From IMG/VR virus record IMGVR_UViG_3300032305_003086, positions 32,001 to 96,000 of that record: a DNA stretch of 64,000 nucleotides; one strand, written 5' to 3'. How positions within the stretch are numbered: position 1 is the stretch's first letter; the number at the start of each line of letters is the position of its first letter. A program made the translations under genes and the position numbers. The DNA comes from a virus (taxonomy: Duplodnaviria > Caudoviricetes). Below, piece after piece: positions 18,933 through 30,022 of the stretch. The notes beneath the pieces are model-generated. The model was given only the letters and a program-made list of their open reading frames with translations. It was not told where the DNA came from and did not search any database.

Positions 18933-19634
18933 ATGAAAAGACAACTTGTTTCCGTGGTAGGAGTTGAAATTTTAGATGAAAATTTATTTCATCATTTTAT
19001 CAATCATTATGACGAACACGTTGATGAATTCTCTATTATTTTTAATTACGAAAATATAAATTTATTAGATTTATTTTATCAAATGGTTCCAAAAAATAAA
19101 AGAAATATTAAGTTTTGGAATGGAAAATATGATGAACATACGAAAACAAAGCACATTAACAATCTAATAGATTCAGAAGACAGATCAAGCATCATAGCAG
19201 ACCATGACGAATTTATTGAATTCAATGAAGATTTTTTCAAATGTCCCGTTAATAAATATAATATGGGCACTTTAGTTGAAAGATTCAAAGTTAAAAACAA
19301 TAAGATACTTTTATCTAAAGTAAAAAAAAACAAAAGCATATTTGAACAATTCAACGAATCAAACACTCTAAATATTTCCTCTGGGAGCTTCGGAGAATTC
19401 AGAGCATTATCAAAGGCTTGTTATGTTCACAACAACATGCATGTATTTTTAGGTCACCACCATCTATTAAATAAAGAAGTGAGAATTCACACTAAAGTAA
19501 TTGTGCATCATTTTAAGTATAATAGCTCTTTTAAAAAAGTTGTTAATAATGTAATGAATTTACAAATGGGCTTCAAACACGAAATAGAAAAATTAAATAA
19601 AATAATACTTGATAATTCATTGAAAATATATTAA
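18933..19634 (+). CDS. GT-A fold glycosyltransferase-like
   Basis: HFINHY, ADHDEF, GHH and HHFKY; resembles 2482..3321. Confidence 0.6.
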   Translation: MKRQLVSVVGVEILDENLFHHFINHYDEHVDEFSIIFNYENINLLDLFYQMVPKNKRNIKFWNGKYDEHTKTKHINNLIDSEDRSSIIADHDEFIEFNEDFFKCPVNKYNMGTLVERFKVKNNKILLSKVKKNKSIFEQFNESNTLNISSGSFGEFRALSKACYVHNNMHVFLGHHHLLNKEVRIHTKVIVHHFKYNSSFKKVVNNVMNLQMGFKHEIEKLNKIILDNSLKIY

Positions 19635-19635
19635 T

Positions 19636-20262
19636 ATGAAAAAAAAATGTTACACATATTATGAAGAAATAAAAACAATAGACGCATGTGCAAAAAGAAA
19701 ATGCACGCAAAAAGAACTCTTGGATCTATGTAAAATTTCTTGGGAAAAAAACGGATGGGATTTGATCATCCTAGATCATTCTACTGCTGCTAGTCATGAT
19801 TTTTTCCCGATTTATAGCAGAATAGTAAAAAAACTACCGTCAGTTAACCCAAAAAAATATGACTATCATTGTTTTATTAGATGGTTGGCAATGGCAGTGG
19901 TTGGGGGAGGATTGATGATAGATTACGATGTTGTGAACTTGGGTTTTGAAAATATAGAAGAATATAAAGAAAAAATTGCAATATACCAAGGGCATGTCCC
20001 CTGTGTGGTACAAGGAACCGAAGATCAGTATCTTGAAATGTGTATGAATTTTTGCAAACTAAAAGATTGCATATCAAAGATAAATAAAAAACCACACGTT
20101 TCAGACATGATAATGTTAGCAAGTGGAAAAATAGACTTCAAAAAATTTACAACTGTAGTAGACTACCCGAGTAGTGGAATTTTGGTACACTGCAGTCAAT
20201 GGCATTGTGAACAAAACAATAAAAATAAAGTTGATGCCATGAAAGAATTAATTCAATTGTAA
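19636..20262 (+). CDS. GT-A fold glycosyltransferase-like (DxD)
   Basis: SW-x-x-x-GW and RWLAM...GGGLMIDYD; lies in a GT cluster. Confidence 0.55.
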   Translation: MKKKCYTYYEEIKTIDACAKRKCTQKELLDLCKISWEKNGWDLIILDHSTAASHDFFPIYSRIVKKLPSVNPKKYDYHCFIRWLAMAVVGGGLMIDYDVVNLGFENIEEYKEKIAIYQGHVPCVVQGTEDQYLEMCMNFCKLKDCISKINKKPHVSDMIMLASGKIDFKKFTTVVDYPSSGILVHCSQWHCEQNNKNKVDAMKELIQL

Positions 20263-21048
20263 TTCTAAAATTTTATTTATATTTTTGACTATTTTTATAT
20301 ATTTTTTATAGTAATAATAAATACATTCATCTTGTTTATGAATAAAAGAAAAATGAAGAAAAATGCCTTTATATTTATTATTTATAATTATTTCTTTTCC
20401 AAACATCTCTCTTCTTAATTCTTTTATATTCCATAAAGCTAAATTGCAACCTAAATGTTTGCAATAATTAACATTTGGAAAATGAATATAAATAAAATCA
20501 AGATATTTTTGATCTACGAAAAGACCACTAACTTTTTTCATTTCGCATTTCCACAAACAAGCTTCTGACCACCACTTGATTGCCTCGGTCGATTTTCTAG
20601 AGCAACCGATAAATCCAGCATTAAACATCCCATCGGTAAAATTCAATAAAAATCCTGCGTCTTGTGTTGTGTATGGTCTCCAATGTCTGGTCAGTAAAAT
20701 GCCATCTATATCATCGAATAAAAAATCCCAATTATTTATAAAATACATATCAGGATCTACATATATCACTTTTTCATAAACATCCAGTAATTTTAAAATA
20801 AAAAAAGGCTTGAGGCTCCACCGCGTCTCATTAGAAATTATTCCATATTTTTTAGAAATATCTTCATATTCTTCAATAAAATTTAAGTCTAATATTTTTA
20901 TATTTTTAAAAGAACAATTAGGTAAATAATTATCCATATATAAAATACAAAAATCAACATTTTTATAAAATTTCCTCATTGAATGCAAAGTTGCCAAACC
21001 ATTTGCAAGAAAATCCGGGGTTACTATGGTACAAACGCAATTTTTCAT
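20248..21048 (-). CDS. GT8-like glycosyltransferase
   Basis: SLKP, YVDPD, FNAGF, DQKYLD, NLALWN, HFS; start set to ATG 21048 (MKNCVCTI). Confidence 0.75.
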   Translation of the reverse strand: MKNCVCTIVTPDFLANGLATLHSMRKFYKNVDFCILYMDNYLPNCSFKNIKILDLNFIEEYEDISKKYGIISNETRWSLKPFFILKLLDVYEKVIYVDPDMYFINNWDFLFDDIDGILLTRHWRPYTTQDAGFLLNFTDGMFNAGFIGCSRKSTEAIKWWSEACLWKCEMKKVSGLFVDQKYLDFIYIHFPNVNYCKHLGCNLALWNIKELRREMFGKEIIINNKYKGIFLHFSFIHKQDECIYYYYKKYIKIVKNINKILELQLN

Positions 21049-21194
21049 TAATATATGATAATTATAAAAACAATAAAATTCTAAAAAAATTATCAAAATT
21101 GGTAAAATTTTTTAAATGAATTGTACATATTAATAAACAACAACTCCAATGTCCAGATGCAAATTTTTAAAAATTCAATTAGATATATATATTT

Positions 21195-21653
21195 ATGACA
21201 ATTAAAACAAAAAATGGAAATGATATTGAATTATCCGGCGAGCTATCGATTGCGAATTCTACCAAAATTAATAGTAATGGAATTGAATTAAGCCCTGGGG
21301 TAAGCATTACTTTTGCAGATGGAAGTCAATTAGAAAATGCAATTGGAGTCTCAGATCGTTTACATTCAATCGGCAATTCAGAAACAACAAAAACATTATC
21401 ATTAGCAGATGGAAATGTTCAAACGTTAATATTAAATCAAAATTGTATTTTTACAATGCCTTCGGTAGTACAAGCTGGAAATTTAACTATGATAGTAAAT
21501 CAGACAGCATCATACACAGCGACATTTAATACTGTCAAATGGTCATCAGGAATTGCCCCTACTATAACCACCGGGGCTGGAAAAATTGACATTTTAAGCT
21601 TCATATCAGATGGGGTTAGTTGGTATGGAGGCGTCATACAAAACCTATCATGA
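21195..21653 (+). CDS. Putative virion structural (tail/fibre-associated) protein
   Basis: GNVQTLIL...W-x-x-G-x-APT...DILSF...DG-x-x-WYG module common in phage tail proteins. Confidence 0.6.
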   Translation: MTIKTKNGNDIELSGELSIANSTKINSNGIELSPGVSITFADGSQLENAIGVSDRLHSIGNSETTKTLSLADGNVQTLILNQNCIFTMPSVVQAGNLTMIVNQTASYTATFNTVKWSSGIAPTITTGAGKIDILSFISDGVSWYGGVIQNLS

Positions 21654-24115
21654 GACATTGGCATTTTTCTATTTTTAGACCAGTTTATATACCGACACCC
21701 GGCCCTACGCTAACTAGGCCTACACTAACCAATACACCTACACTAACCAATACACTTACACTAACCAATACACTTACACTAACCAATACGCCTACACTTA
21801 CACTAACCAATACGCCTACACTTACACTAACCAATACACTTACACTAACCAATACGCCTACACTAACCAATACGCCTACACTAACCAATACGCCTACACT
21901 AACCAATACGCCTACACTAACCAATACGCCTACACTTACACTAACCAATACGCCTACACTAACCAATACGCCTACATCAATTTATGTTTCTGCCGCAGTT
22001 CAAGGATCTACAATTTCAAATTTCAATTTGAAATTAATTAAAAATAATCAAATTATGGATTATTTTATTAATGTTTCTGGGACGTCATCTCAATTAGCCT
22101 ATTCAGATATAAATCAAATATTAAATCGTCAACCTGATGCTATGATAGCTGAGAGCAATGATAACACCATAGATCTAGACACCGGTTTGCATGTAGATTT
22201 CAAATTTTACTATCCATTCGATTTAATTAGTGGAAAACTTGTAATTGGAGGAAGTATAATATTCTCAATAGTTTCTTCTATTGTTTACTCTTTGGTTGAA
22301 AAAGGAAATAATATTACGAGCGCTATTTCTAAAGCAAATTCAAATTTAGGTGTAAATTTTTCTAATTACATAACAGAAAGTTATGATAATTATATGGAAG
22401 GTAACGAAAAAGAAGCATTAGATAGATTGCAAGTTGTTTCTGTTATTACTAAAAATACTATAGACAATTCTACTAACGAGCATTTATTCGATTCATTTGC
22501 AGATGTTATCGACTCCGGAGCCTCTTCTTCTGATCCAGACCAGTTTTTATCAGATAATTTTTCTTCTGTGGTGCAAAAGGTGCAAAAAAAATCTTTAGGA
22601 CTATCTGATAATCAAAGCCTTCCATTGTATGAAACTCTGATCACAGAAAATATAGCTCAAAATGCAAATCAAGCAGCACAAAAACATATAACAGATGCAA
22701 AAGACATTTCTTCTTTAGTTTATGCGAATAATTTAATTGAAAATTCAAATGTTAGATTTGATGATAATACTGGTGTGGTTTTTGATGAAATTAATTTTCA
22801 AAATAACGTCCTAGTTAATCAAATATTCCCAACACCTACTCCCACTCCAACAATAACACCAACCCAAACTGCTACTCCAACAATTACTCTCACAGCTACT
22901 GTTAGCTCTACTGTGACATTGACCAATACACAAACTAATTCTCCGACAATTACCTCTACAAATACTTCAACCACAACATCTACTCCAACTCCAACTGTAT
23001 CTTCCACATTGACCGCAACTCCAACAATTACACCAACAACAACATCAATAGCTGGATTTAATTCATCAATATTAATTACAGATGAAACCAACGGAAATAG
23101 CAGTTATGGAATAACACTTATTGGAAAATATGGATCTCAACTAATATTTAATAATATTGCGGACTATAATTCTCTACCAAATAGTATGCAAGTTTATATT
23201 AGTGGAGTTGCTGCTTTGGGCGTAACTTACTCTGATGTGTATGAGAATTCGGCTATAATTATAATATATGATAGTGTTGCATACAGTGCTAATTTAACTA
23301 ATGGAAGATTAGATCTTTATAAGAACACACCAACTCCAACGCCAACAAATACAATGACAAATACGCCGACCACAACATCAACCTCGACTACAACGCTTAC
23401 CCCTACAATAACAGCAACAAATACAAATACTACTTCTTTAAGTGCAACTCCAACATTAACTAGCACTCCAACAATTACATCTACAAGAACTCCTAGAGCA
23501 ACAAGAACAGCAACCCCAACATCAACACCAACAATTACAAAAACTTCGACATTAACATCAACCCCTACACCAACACCAACACTAACAAATACCATGACAT
23601 TAACAAATACCAATACCCCCGCTGCCACTGCAACACCTACGCCGACTTTAACAAACACACAAACATGCACGCCCACAATCACAGCAACAAAAACATTGAC
23701 TTCTACATCTACCGCAACTCCTACAAAAACAAGCACTCCAACAATTACTAGCACTCCAACTCAAACTCCAACAATTACTAGCACTACAACACTAACTCCA
23801 ACAAATACAACAACTCCAACATTAACTGCAACCACCACGCCAGAATTCGATACTACAATAGTTATTTCAGATTCGCCTTACGGCAGTTCATCAAAATCAG
23901 GAGTAACCATTTCTGCTCTTTATAATGCAACTTTAAGTTTTAATTCAATAAATACCACGCAATCACTACCAGCTTCTATGTCTGTTTTCATTGACGGAAC
24001 CCCAGTTGCAAATATAACATTCCCGAATGATTATGATTCTAAATCATTATCATTAATTATAAATAATTTGAAATACAGAACAACATTCCAGAAAAATACT
24101 AGGGTGGACTTATAA
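21650..24115 (+). CDS. Thr/Pro-rich mucin-like putative virion protein
   Basis: Three long T/P tracts and two internal ~90-aa repeats ending RLDL/RVDL; ATGA overlap with the upstream gene gives start 21650. Confidence 0.75.
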   Translation: MRHWHFSIFRPVYIPTPGPTLTRPTLTNTPTLTNTLTLTNTLTLTNTPTLTLTNTPTLTLTNTLTLTNTPTLTNTPTLTNTPTLTNTPTLTNTPTLTLTNTPTLTNTPTSIYVSAAVQGSTISNFNLKLIKNNQIMDYFINVSGTSSQLAYSDINQILNRQPDAMIAESNDNTIDLDTGLHVDFKFYYPFDLISGKLVIGGSIIFSIVSSIVYSLVEKGNNITSAISKANSNLGVNFSNYITESYDNYMEGNEKEALDRLQVVSVITKNTIDNSTNEHLFDSFADVIDSGASSSDPDQFLSDNFSSVVQKVQKKSLGLSDNQSLPLYETLITENIAQNANQAAQKHITDAKDISSLVYANNLIENSNVRFDDNTGVVFDEINFQNNVLVNQIFPTPTPTPTITPTQTATPTITLTATVSSTVTLTNTQTNSPTITSTNTSTTTSTPTPTVSSTLTATPTITPTTTSIAGFNSSILITDETNGNSSYGITLIGKYGSQLIFNNIADYNSLPNSMQVYISGVAALGVTYSDVYENSAIIIIYDSVAYSANLTNGRLDLYKNTPTPTPTNTMTNTPTTTSTSTTTLTPTITATNTNTTSLSATPTLTSTPTITSTRTPRATRTATPTSTPTITKTSTLTSTPTPTPTLTNTMTLTNTNTPAATATPTPTLTNTQTCTPTITATKTLTSTSTATPTKTSTPTITSTPTQTPTITSTTTLTPTNTTTPTLTATTTPEFDTTIVISDSPYGSSSKSGVTISALYNATLSFNSINTTQSLPASMSVFIDGTPVANITFPNDYDSKSLSLIINNLKYRTTFQKNTRVDL
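21722..21973 (+). repeat. Coding minisatellite: 13 x 18-bp acactaaccaatac(gcct/acct/actt) with three 6-bp acactt inserts
   Basis: Direct reading; encodes (TLTNTP/L)n. Confidence 0.9.
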
Positions 24116-27100
24116 TGTTGAATATAACTGAAAATTCTAAAATTATACAGTACCTTGGTCCACTAGTTGAAATTTCTAGTCTGCCGGGCAATATTTCTAC
24201 TATATTTGGGGTTATAAATGGAAATTATGTTTCTTATAGAAATGATGTTCCTTACAACTCGCTAAATAGTCTTGCTACAGGATCTAGTTATCTAATATTC
24301 AGTTCACAAACGCCTTACCAATTATATTCAGATCCAGATGCATCTGTCTCGGGACAGTCTGTTGTTTTTCAGTATCAATTCGTTTATTATGAAGGGCCTG
24401 ATTTAGATTTACAGACCAATTCATTCATAACAGACAAGGTAAACAAAATATATTCCTGGAAGAACGGAAGTCCAATAGGTTGGATAAATGGCGAATCTCT
24501 AAATTCTCTTAAAACTTTAGCAGGAGGAAATTCTTATCTTTTTATAAATAAAATAGAAAAATTACCATATTTGCTTTGGGGCCAAGTTTCCATTACTCCT
24601 ACTGTAACTAAAACTTTAACAGCAACTCCAACCTTAACATCAACCCCAACATTGACTCCTGTGGCTACTCAAACTAGCACCGTAACATTCACTCCTACTC
24701 AAACCACAACACCAACACTAACAAGCACATCAACAGTAACTCCCACATTAACTACTACAAAAACACAAAAGAGCACGCCTACTATAACTCCAACAAAAAC
24801 ATCCACAAATACACTTACAAACACTCCAACCCAAACAAACACAAACACTCCAACAATTGTTACACCTACACCTACTCAAACTCAAACGCAAACTCCTACA
24901 ATTACCTCTACCAACACGCAAACATCGACTCAAACTCTAACACCAACACAAACACCTACTCCAACATTAACTTCAACTCAAACTTTAACATCCACTCCAA
25001 CTAACACACAAACTTTAACCAGAACTCAAAATACCACCCCTACACTAACATCAACAAAAACTCTAACTCCTACCTACACATTAACACCAACAATAACGTC
25101 CACTACGACATCAACATCTACTCCCACTTTGACTTCCACTTTAACCGCTACTCCTACACTGACATCAACGACAACTTTAACATCTACTCAAACTTCAACT
25201 CCAACTACAACCGCAACAGCAACATTAACTCCAACAATTACCTCTACAAAAACTCAAACTTCTACACCCACACTAACAAGAACAATTACAAATACAAAAA
25301 CCACTACCTCTACACCGACCAATACACCAACAACAACTTCAACAAGTACAAACACTCCTACTATTACACCTACACTAACCAATACATTTACATACGCCGG
25401 TGAGAAATTCATATCTTTACAAAATTCAGATTCAAATTATGTGAATCTAAATGGTGCCGGTACTGATATGTTTCCTTACTCTGGCTTTGTTGGAGGAAAT
25501 AGGGAAGACGGAACAATAAGAAATGTGGTGTTTTTAGTTAATAAAAATGGAACTCTTAGATATAGCCTAACAGCTTCCAGCGAAAGAAATTATGATTTTG
25601 GCATCATCAAGAAAAACGGATCTCCTGTCGATTTGGTCACCGGAGACGACAACATATCAGGAAACATACAAGTAATTATTGGCGACACAATAGAAATATC
25701 ATACCAAAAAGATTCAAGTGATTATTCTGGGGATGACGGTGTTTATTTGGATTATATAGCAGTAAATTATCCAACACCAACCCCAACGCAAACGCTCACT
25801 GCGACTTTTACTTTAACAAGCACTCTCACACAAACCCAGACTCTTACTGCCACACAGACACTGACACCAACACAAACACTTACAAACACACCAACTCAAA
25901 CTGTTACATCTACGCCTACAAGTACAATTACAAGCACTCCTACTCAGACTTTTACTTCAACGCCAACTCAAACCATAACTTCAACACCAACTCAAACTGT
26001 TACATCTACTACTACAAGTACCGTTACAAGCACTCCTACTCAAACTTTAACACCTACTCAAACAACCACATCAACACCAACTTCAACAACAACTTCAACA
26101 GCAACACCAACTACAACTCCTACTATTACACCAACTATTACATTGACTTCAACAACAACAGCAACACAGACTCCGAATACCCAAAACACAATAGACCCTT
26201 CAATATTAGATTACTTTATATTTAATGAAAGCTTGAGAAATGATTATAATCATTATCAACTTTTATATTCAAACAATGATAATTTCAATGATTTTGGTTA
26301 TTTTGAAAAAGCTTTGAATTTAGAGTACTTACTTGTGGGCGGAGGTGGTGGTGGCGGTATGGATATGGGCGGAGGAGGTGGTGGCGGCGGAGTTTTAACC
26401 GGAACAATGACCTTAAATAATTCTATTACCACAACAATCACTGTAGGCTCTGGCGGATGGGGTGCTCCTTCAGGAAATGGTGGATACCGTGGCGATGGAG
26501 TTGGTCCCCAACGAAACACACATCAATTTACAATTGGGGCAACAAATGGAGCGAACTCTTTAGCTCTGGGACTCACCGCTTTTGGCGGAGGTGCTGGTGG
26601 CAGTTCTTATTATGATTATTCGCCCGGAGCCTCAGGATCTAACGGTGGATCAGGCGGTGGCTCCTCAGGTTATAGCAATGGAAGTACAAGAGCAGGCGGG
26701 TTAGGAACATTAGGACAAGGATTCAATGGAGGACAAGGCGGAGGTCAATATTATTCTGGTGGAGGTGGCGGAGCAGGAGGACCTGGTATTAATTCTCCAA
26801 GTAGACCTGATGGTGGACCAGGAAAATTGAGTAGTATTTTAGGATCTACTTTATATTGGGGAGGTGGCGGTGGTGGTTCTGCTTACACTGCTGGAACAGG
26901 AGGAAACGGAGGAATTGGTGGGGGCGGTGGTGGAGCAGTTGGTATTACAATAGGAGGAAATGGTTACAACAATGGCTCTGCTGGTGGTGGCGGAGCAAAT
27001 AATTCTCAAACTAACAAACCAGGAGGAAATGCAGGAGCAAATACTGGTGGTGGTGGGGGAGGTGGTAGTCACTATAATTTCACAAACGCAGGTGGCAATG

Positions 27101-28662
27101 GAGGAAGCGGAATAGTTGTATTATGCTACTATGGACCGCCACTATCTAATATAAGCGCAGGACTAACATATACACTCAATACTACATTTAGACCTGGTTT
27201 CAATTTGTATATTTTCACTTCAGGAACAGGCCAAATTACTTTAAATACTGAACAGCCTGTGATCAGACCAACACCAACGCCAACAGCTACGCCAACAGCT
27301 ACGCCAACAGCCACAGCTACGCCAACAGCCACAGCTACGCCAACAGCCACAGCTACGCCAACAGCCACAGCTACGCCAACAATAACACCAACACAGACGG
27401 TTACGCCAACACTCACCATAACTAATACCCCCATACCAGTTACGCCTACTCCATCAGCTAGTCCAGCAGCAGCTAACAATGGTATTATTATACAATCTAA
27501 TGTTTCTAACACTCCAAGAGCATTAGTTGGTGGTGGAGTAACTTATAACCCAACCTTTATCAATAACGATTATAGACAATATTATAGTCAAATAGTAGAT
27601 CGTTGGAATTATACAATGAGTAATGGAAGATTACCTTATGATAATATATGGAATAACTATTATTTGTTTAATGGCGGTGGAACATATTATTTTAACTTTA
27701 TGATTCCAACAGTACTTACAAAGTATAGATTATGGAATCCTTTCAAAGCAAATATGCCATGTCCCGGATTTGGTGGACCTTATGAAATAAGGTCATCTGT
27801 TACAGGTCTTGGATATAATAGATATTTAGACTTTGGTAATCAAACGCCTCAAGCTTGGAAGATACAAGGAAGTAATGATGATGTTAATTGGGTTGATGTT
27901 GATGTTAGAACAAGTCAAGCAAGATTGCCGTATGCAACTAGCGATATACCGGCTAATAGTGAATACGGAGAGTTTTCTATTTCTTCTCCAACAGCATACA
28001 AGTCGTACAGATTTGTTGTTACAGGAAGAGGAAGAGACGGGTATGGCTGTAGCAAGAGTGGATGTTACTACGATTGGGTATTAGGAGAAATGCAACTTTG
28101 GGGATATGAAAGTCCTTCTTCCACAAGCGCCATTCATGGATATTACTCATGTCTACCCACGGCAAAATATGTAAATGCATCGCAAGGATTTGACACCTCT
28201 TCTTTTAAGAATGCATTTTTCCAATCTGGTGGTTTAGGGGGAGATGATAGAAATAAATGGAATGTATTTGGACAAGGAACACCAAATAGAAGTTGGAATA
28301 ATTATTGGGAAATTCCATACAAAAATATTGGAACAACCGAAACAGGATATTTAGGCTTTGATTACGAAGTTGTAATCAATTCATATTCTCTAAAGTCAGT
28401 GATTGCCCAAGGTGGTGCATTAAATTATCTGTCTTCGTGGGAATTATATGGATCAAATAATTTTTCTTCTTGGAGTTTGTTAGACAGTAGATCTGGCGTT
28501 GGTTCAAATGTTATCTCCACAAATTATAGTTTTAGTAATTCTGTTGGCTACAAATACTATAAATTCATAGCAACAGATGGAACAAGGCGCTGCGATAAGG
28601 ATGGTTGTAGTTGGGGGAATGTAAGAATTTCTGACATACAACTCAAAGGCTATATAACATAA
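24115..28662 (+). CDS. 1515-aa mucin-like (Thr/Pro), Gly-rich, discoidin/F5-8C-like putative virion fibre protein
   Basis: Two very long T/P tracts, a poly-Gly domain (YLLVGGGGGGG...GGSGIVV) and two W-x-(I/L)-x-GSN...W...Y-x-x-Y-(R/K)-F domains. Confidence 0.75.
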   Translation: MLNITENSKIIQYLGPLVEISSLPGNISTIFGVINGNYVSYRNDVPYNSLNSLATGSSYLIFSSQTPYQLYSDPDASVSGQSVVFQYQFVYYEGPDLDLQTNSFITDKVNKIYSWKNGSPIGWINGESLNSLKTLAGGNSYLFINKIEKLPYLLWGQVSITPTVTKTLTATPTLTSTPTLTPVATQTSTVTFTPTQTTTPTLTSTSTVTPTLTTTKTQKSTPTITPTKTSTNTLTNTPTQTNTNTPTIVTPTPTQTQTQTPTITSTNTQTSTQTLTPTQTPTPTLTSTQTLTSTPTNTQTLTRTQNTTPTLTSTKTLTPTYTLTPTITSTTTSTSTPTLTSTLTATPTLTSTTTLTSTQTSTPTTTATATLTPTITSTKTQTSTPTLTRTITNTKTTTSTPTNTPTTTSTSTNTPTITPTLTNTFTYAGEKFISLQNSDSNYVNLNGAGTDMFPYSGFVGGNREDGTIRNVVFLVNKNGTLRYSLTASSERNYDFGIIKKNGSPVDLVTGDDNISGNIQVIIGDTIEISYQKDSSDYSGDDGVYLDYIAVNYPTPTPTQTLTATFTLTSTLTQTQTLTATQTLTPTQTLTNTPTQTVTSTPTSTITSTPTQTFTSTPTQTITSTPTQTVTSTTTSTVTSTPTQTLTPTQTTTSTPTSTTTSTATPTTTPTITPTITLTSTTTATQTPNTQNTIDPSILDYFIFNESLRNDYNHYQLLYSNNDNFNDFGYFEKALNLEYLLVGGGGGGGMDMGGGGGGGGVLTGTMTLNNSITTTITVGSGGWGAPSGNGGYRGDGVGPQRNTHQFTIGATNGANSLALGLTAFGGGAGGSSYYDYSPGASGSNGGSGGGSSGYSNGSTRAGGLGTLGQGFNGGQGGGQYYSGGGGGAGGPGINSPSRPDGGPGKLSSILGSTLYWGGGGGGSAYTAGTGGNGGIGGGGGGAVGITIGGNGYNNGSAGGGGANNSQTNKPGGNAGANTGGGGGGGSHYNFTNAGGNGGSGIVVLCYYGPPLSNISAGLTYTLNTTFRPGFNLYIFTSGTGQITLNTEQPVIRPTPTPTATPTATPTATATPTATATPTATATPTATATPTITPTQTVTPTLTITNTPIPVTPTPSASPAAANNGIIIQSNVSNTPRALVGGGVTYNPTFINNDYRQYYSQIVDRWNYTMSNGRLPYDNIWNNYYLFNGGGTYYFNFMIPTVLTKYRLWNPFKANMPCPGFGGPYEIRSSVTGLGYNRYLDFGNQTPQAWKIQGSNDDVNWVDVDVRTSQARLPYATSDIPANSEYGEFSISSPTAYKSYRFVVTGRGRDGYGCSKSGCYYDWVLGEMQLWGYESPSSTSAIHGYYSCLPTAKYVNASQGFDTSSFKNAFFQSGGLGGDDRNKWNVFGQGTPNRSWNNYWEIPYKNIGTTETGYLGFDYEVVINSYSLKSVIAQGGALNYLSSWELYGSNNFSSWSLLDSRSGVGSNVISTNYSFSNSVGYKYYKFIATDGTRRCDKDGCSWGNVRISDIQLKGYIT
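27283..27378 (+). repeat. Coding tandem repeat: 2 x 12-bp acagctacgcca plus 4 x 18-bp acagccacagctacgcca
   Basis: Direct reading; encodes (TATP)2(TATATP)4. Confidence 0.9.
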
Positions 28663-28672
28663 AAGGTAAATT

Positions 28673-30022
28673 ATGCCAAGTGAAAGAATATTAATAGGTG
28701 GAGGAACAGGGTACGACAACAGTTCTGTTGAATCTAAATATCGTTCTTATTATCAGTTTAGAACTTATGATATTTATGAGATTGTTGGAAATCCACAGGT
28801 GAGAAATGGAAGTTTACTTGCAACTTATTACAACTCGGACGATACAAGAATAAGCAATACATACACAATACTAACAAATAGACTTTTTACTGGAGTTTTG
28901 CCATATACTGACCCTTATGATAAAAACTATTATTGTCAAACATTAAACTTACCTCCTTTAGTACCCAATTACCTACCTGCTTTATCAACATATAATGCGG
29001 CTAATGAAATATTTTTTACATTTGGACTTCCTGTAACTTTAACAAAATACAGAATATGGAACGGTTTTGCAAACGGAACAAGTGGACAAACTAGTGCTAA
29101 TATGGGATTGGATACTCCAAGATCCTGGGTCTTATATGGAAGTAATGATTATATTAACTGGACGGAAGTAGATTCCAGATCAAATCAGTCACCACTGTCA
29201 TATGCCACTGGCAAACTTTGTAAAGATAGTCCATACTCAGAATACTCAATAACAGCGCCTTCTGCTTACAAAATATATAAACTTTCAGTTACTGTCGGAG
29301 CGTCTAATTCCTCTCTTGCCTTCAATTGTAATAAAAGTGGTTGTAATTATTTTTACGGATGGCAAATAGGAGAATTACAGCTGTGGGGATATGAAAGTCC
29401 AATGTCTTCTTGTAGCTTGCATGGATATGATACTCTGCTTCCTGGAACAAGTGGTTCTATGAGCAAACTATTTGGATTAAAAAACGCCTGTAAAGAAGTG
29501 GGCATCAACGAAGGTTTCTCGGCAGCACCAAATAATGATAATTTTGGTTATTTATCTCGTTCTTGGGAATATTTTAGTGACTGGACTTATTCAAATATTT
29601 ATTACTCTATATTGGATCAAACTAGAGCATTTAGAGCAAATTACTATGGTCCCAATCCAAATGTCGTTATCATTTCATCATCTATTGATATGGGTCAAGC
29701 ATTAACTATCACATCATACAATATGTTGGGAGCATATCTTGATACCGATGGTTGGTATAGAAAAGGAGATGGTTCTCCTAAAAATTGGACGCTCTATGGA
29801 TCAAACAACAACTCAACATGGACAACTATTGACTCAATAACTAATGCTAGTTTGACCTATACAGCTTATTCAAACTATAGCATAGGTTCTCCGGCGTCAT
29901 ATAGATATTACAAGCTAGAAGTCAAAGGAGGAGGGGGCGTACAAACTGGTAATTGCGACAAAGGAGGATGTTGGTATGCCTTGGGACTAAACGACCTTCA
30001 ATTTATAGGAGCCATATCATGA
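28673..30022 (+). CDS. Protein with two discoidin/F5-8 type C-like carbohydrate-binding domains
   Basis: Two P-x-x-W-x-LYGSN...W...Y-x-x-YKL...(E/D)LQ repeats, paralogous to the C-terminus of 24115..28662. Confidence 0.7.
   Translation: MPSERILIGGGTGYDNSSVESKYRSYYQFRTYDIYEIVGNPQVRNGSLLATYYNSDDTRISNTYTILTNRLFTGVLPYTDPYDKNYYCQTLNLPPLVPNYLPALSTYNAANEIFFTFGLPVTLTKYRIWNGFANGTSGQTSANMGLDTPRSWVLYGSNDYINWTEVDSRSNQSPLSYATGKLCKDSPYSEYSITAPSAYKIYKLSVTVGASNSSLAFNCNKSGCNYFYGWQIGELQLWGYESPMSSCSLHGYDTLLPGTSGSMSKLFGLKNACKEVGINEGFSAAPNNDNFGYLSRSWEYFSDWTYSNIYYSILDQTRAFRANYYGPNPNVVIISSSIDMGQALTITSYNMLGAYLDTDGWYRKGDGSPKNWTLYGSNNNSTWTTIDSITNASLTYTAYSNYSIGSPASYRYYKLEVKGGGGVQTGNCDKGGCWYALGLNDLQFIGAIS

Noticed and set aside
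21722-21973. CRISPR array
   Set aside because: The repeats are contiguous with no unique spacers, are in frame within a CDS, and there are no cas genes in the window.
21685-27512. Val/Gly-rich minus-strand ORFs (21685, 22819, 23317, 26298, 27129) and the Pro-rich ORF at 31950
   Set aside because: These are antisense shadows of Thr/Pro and Gly codon repeats.
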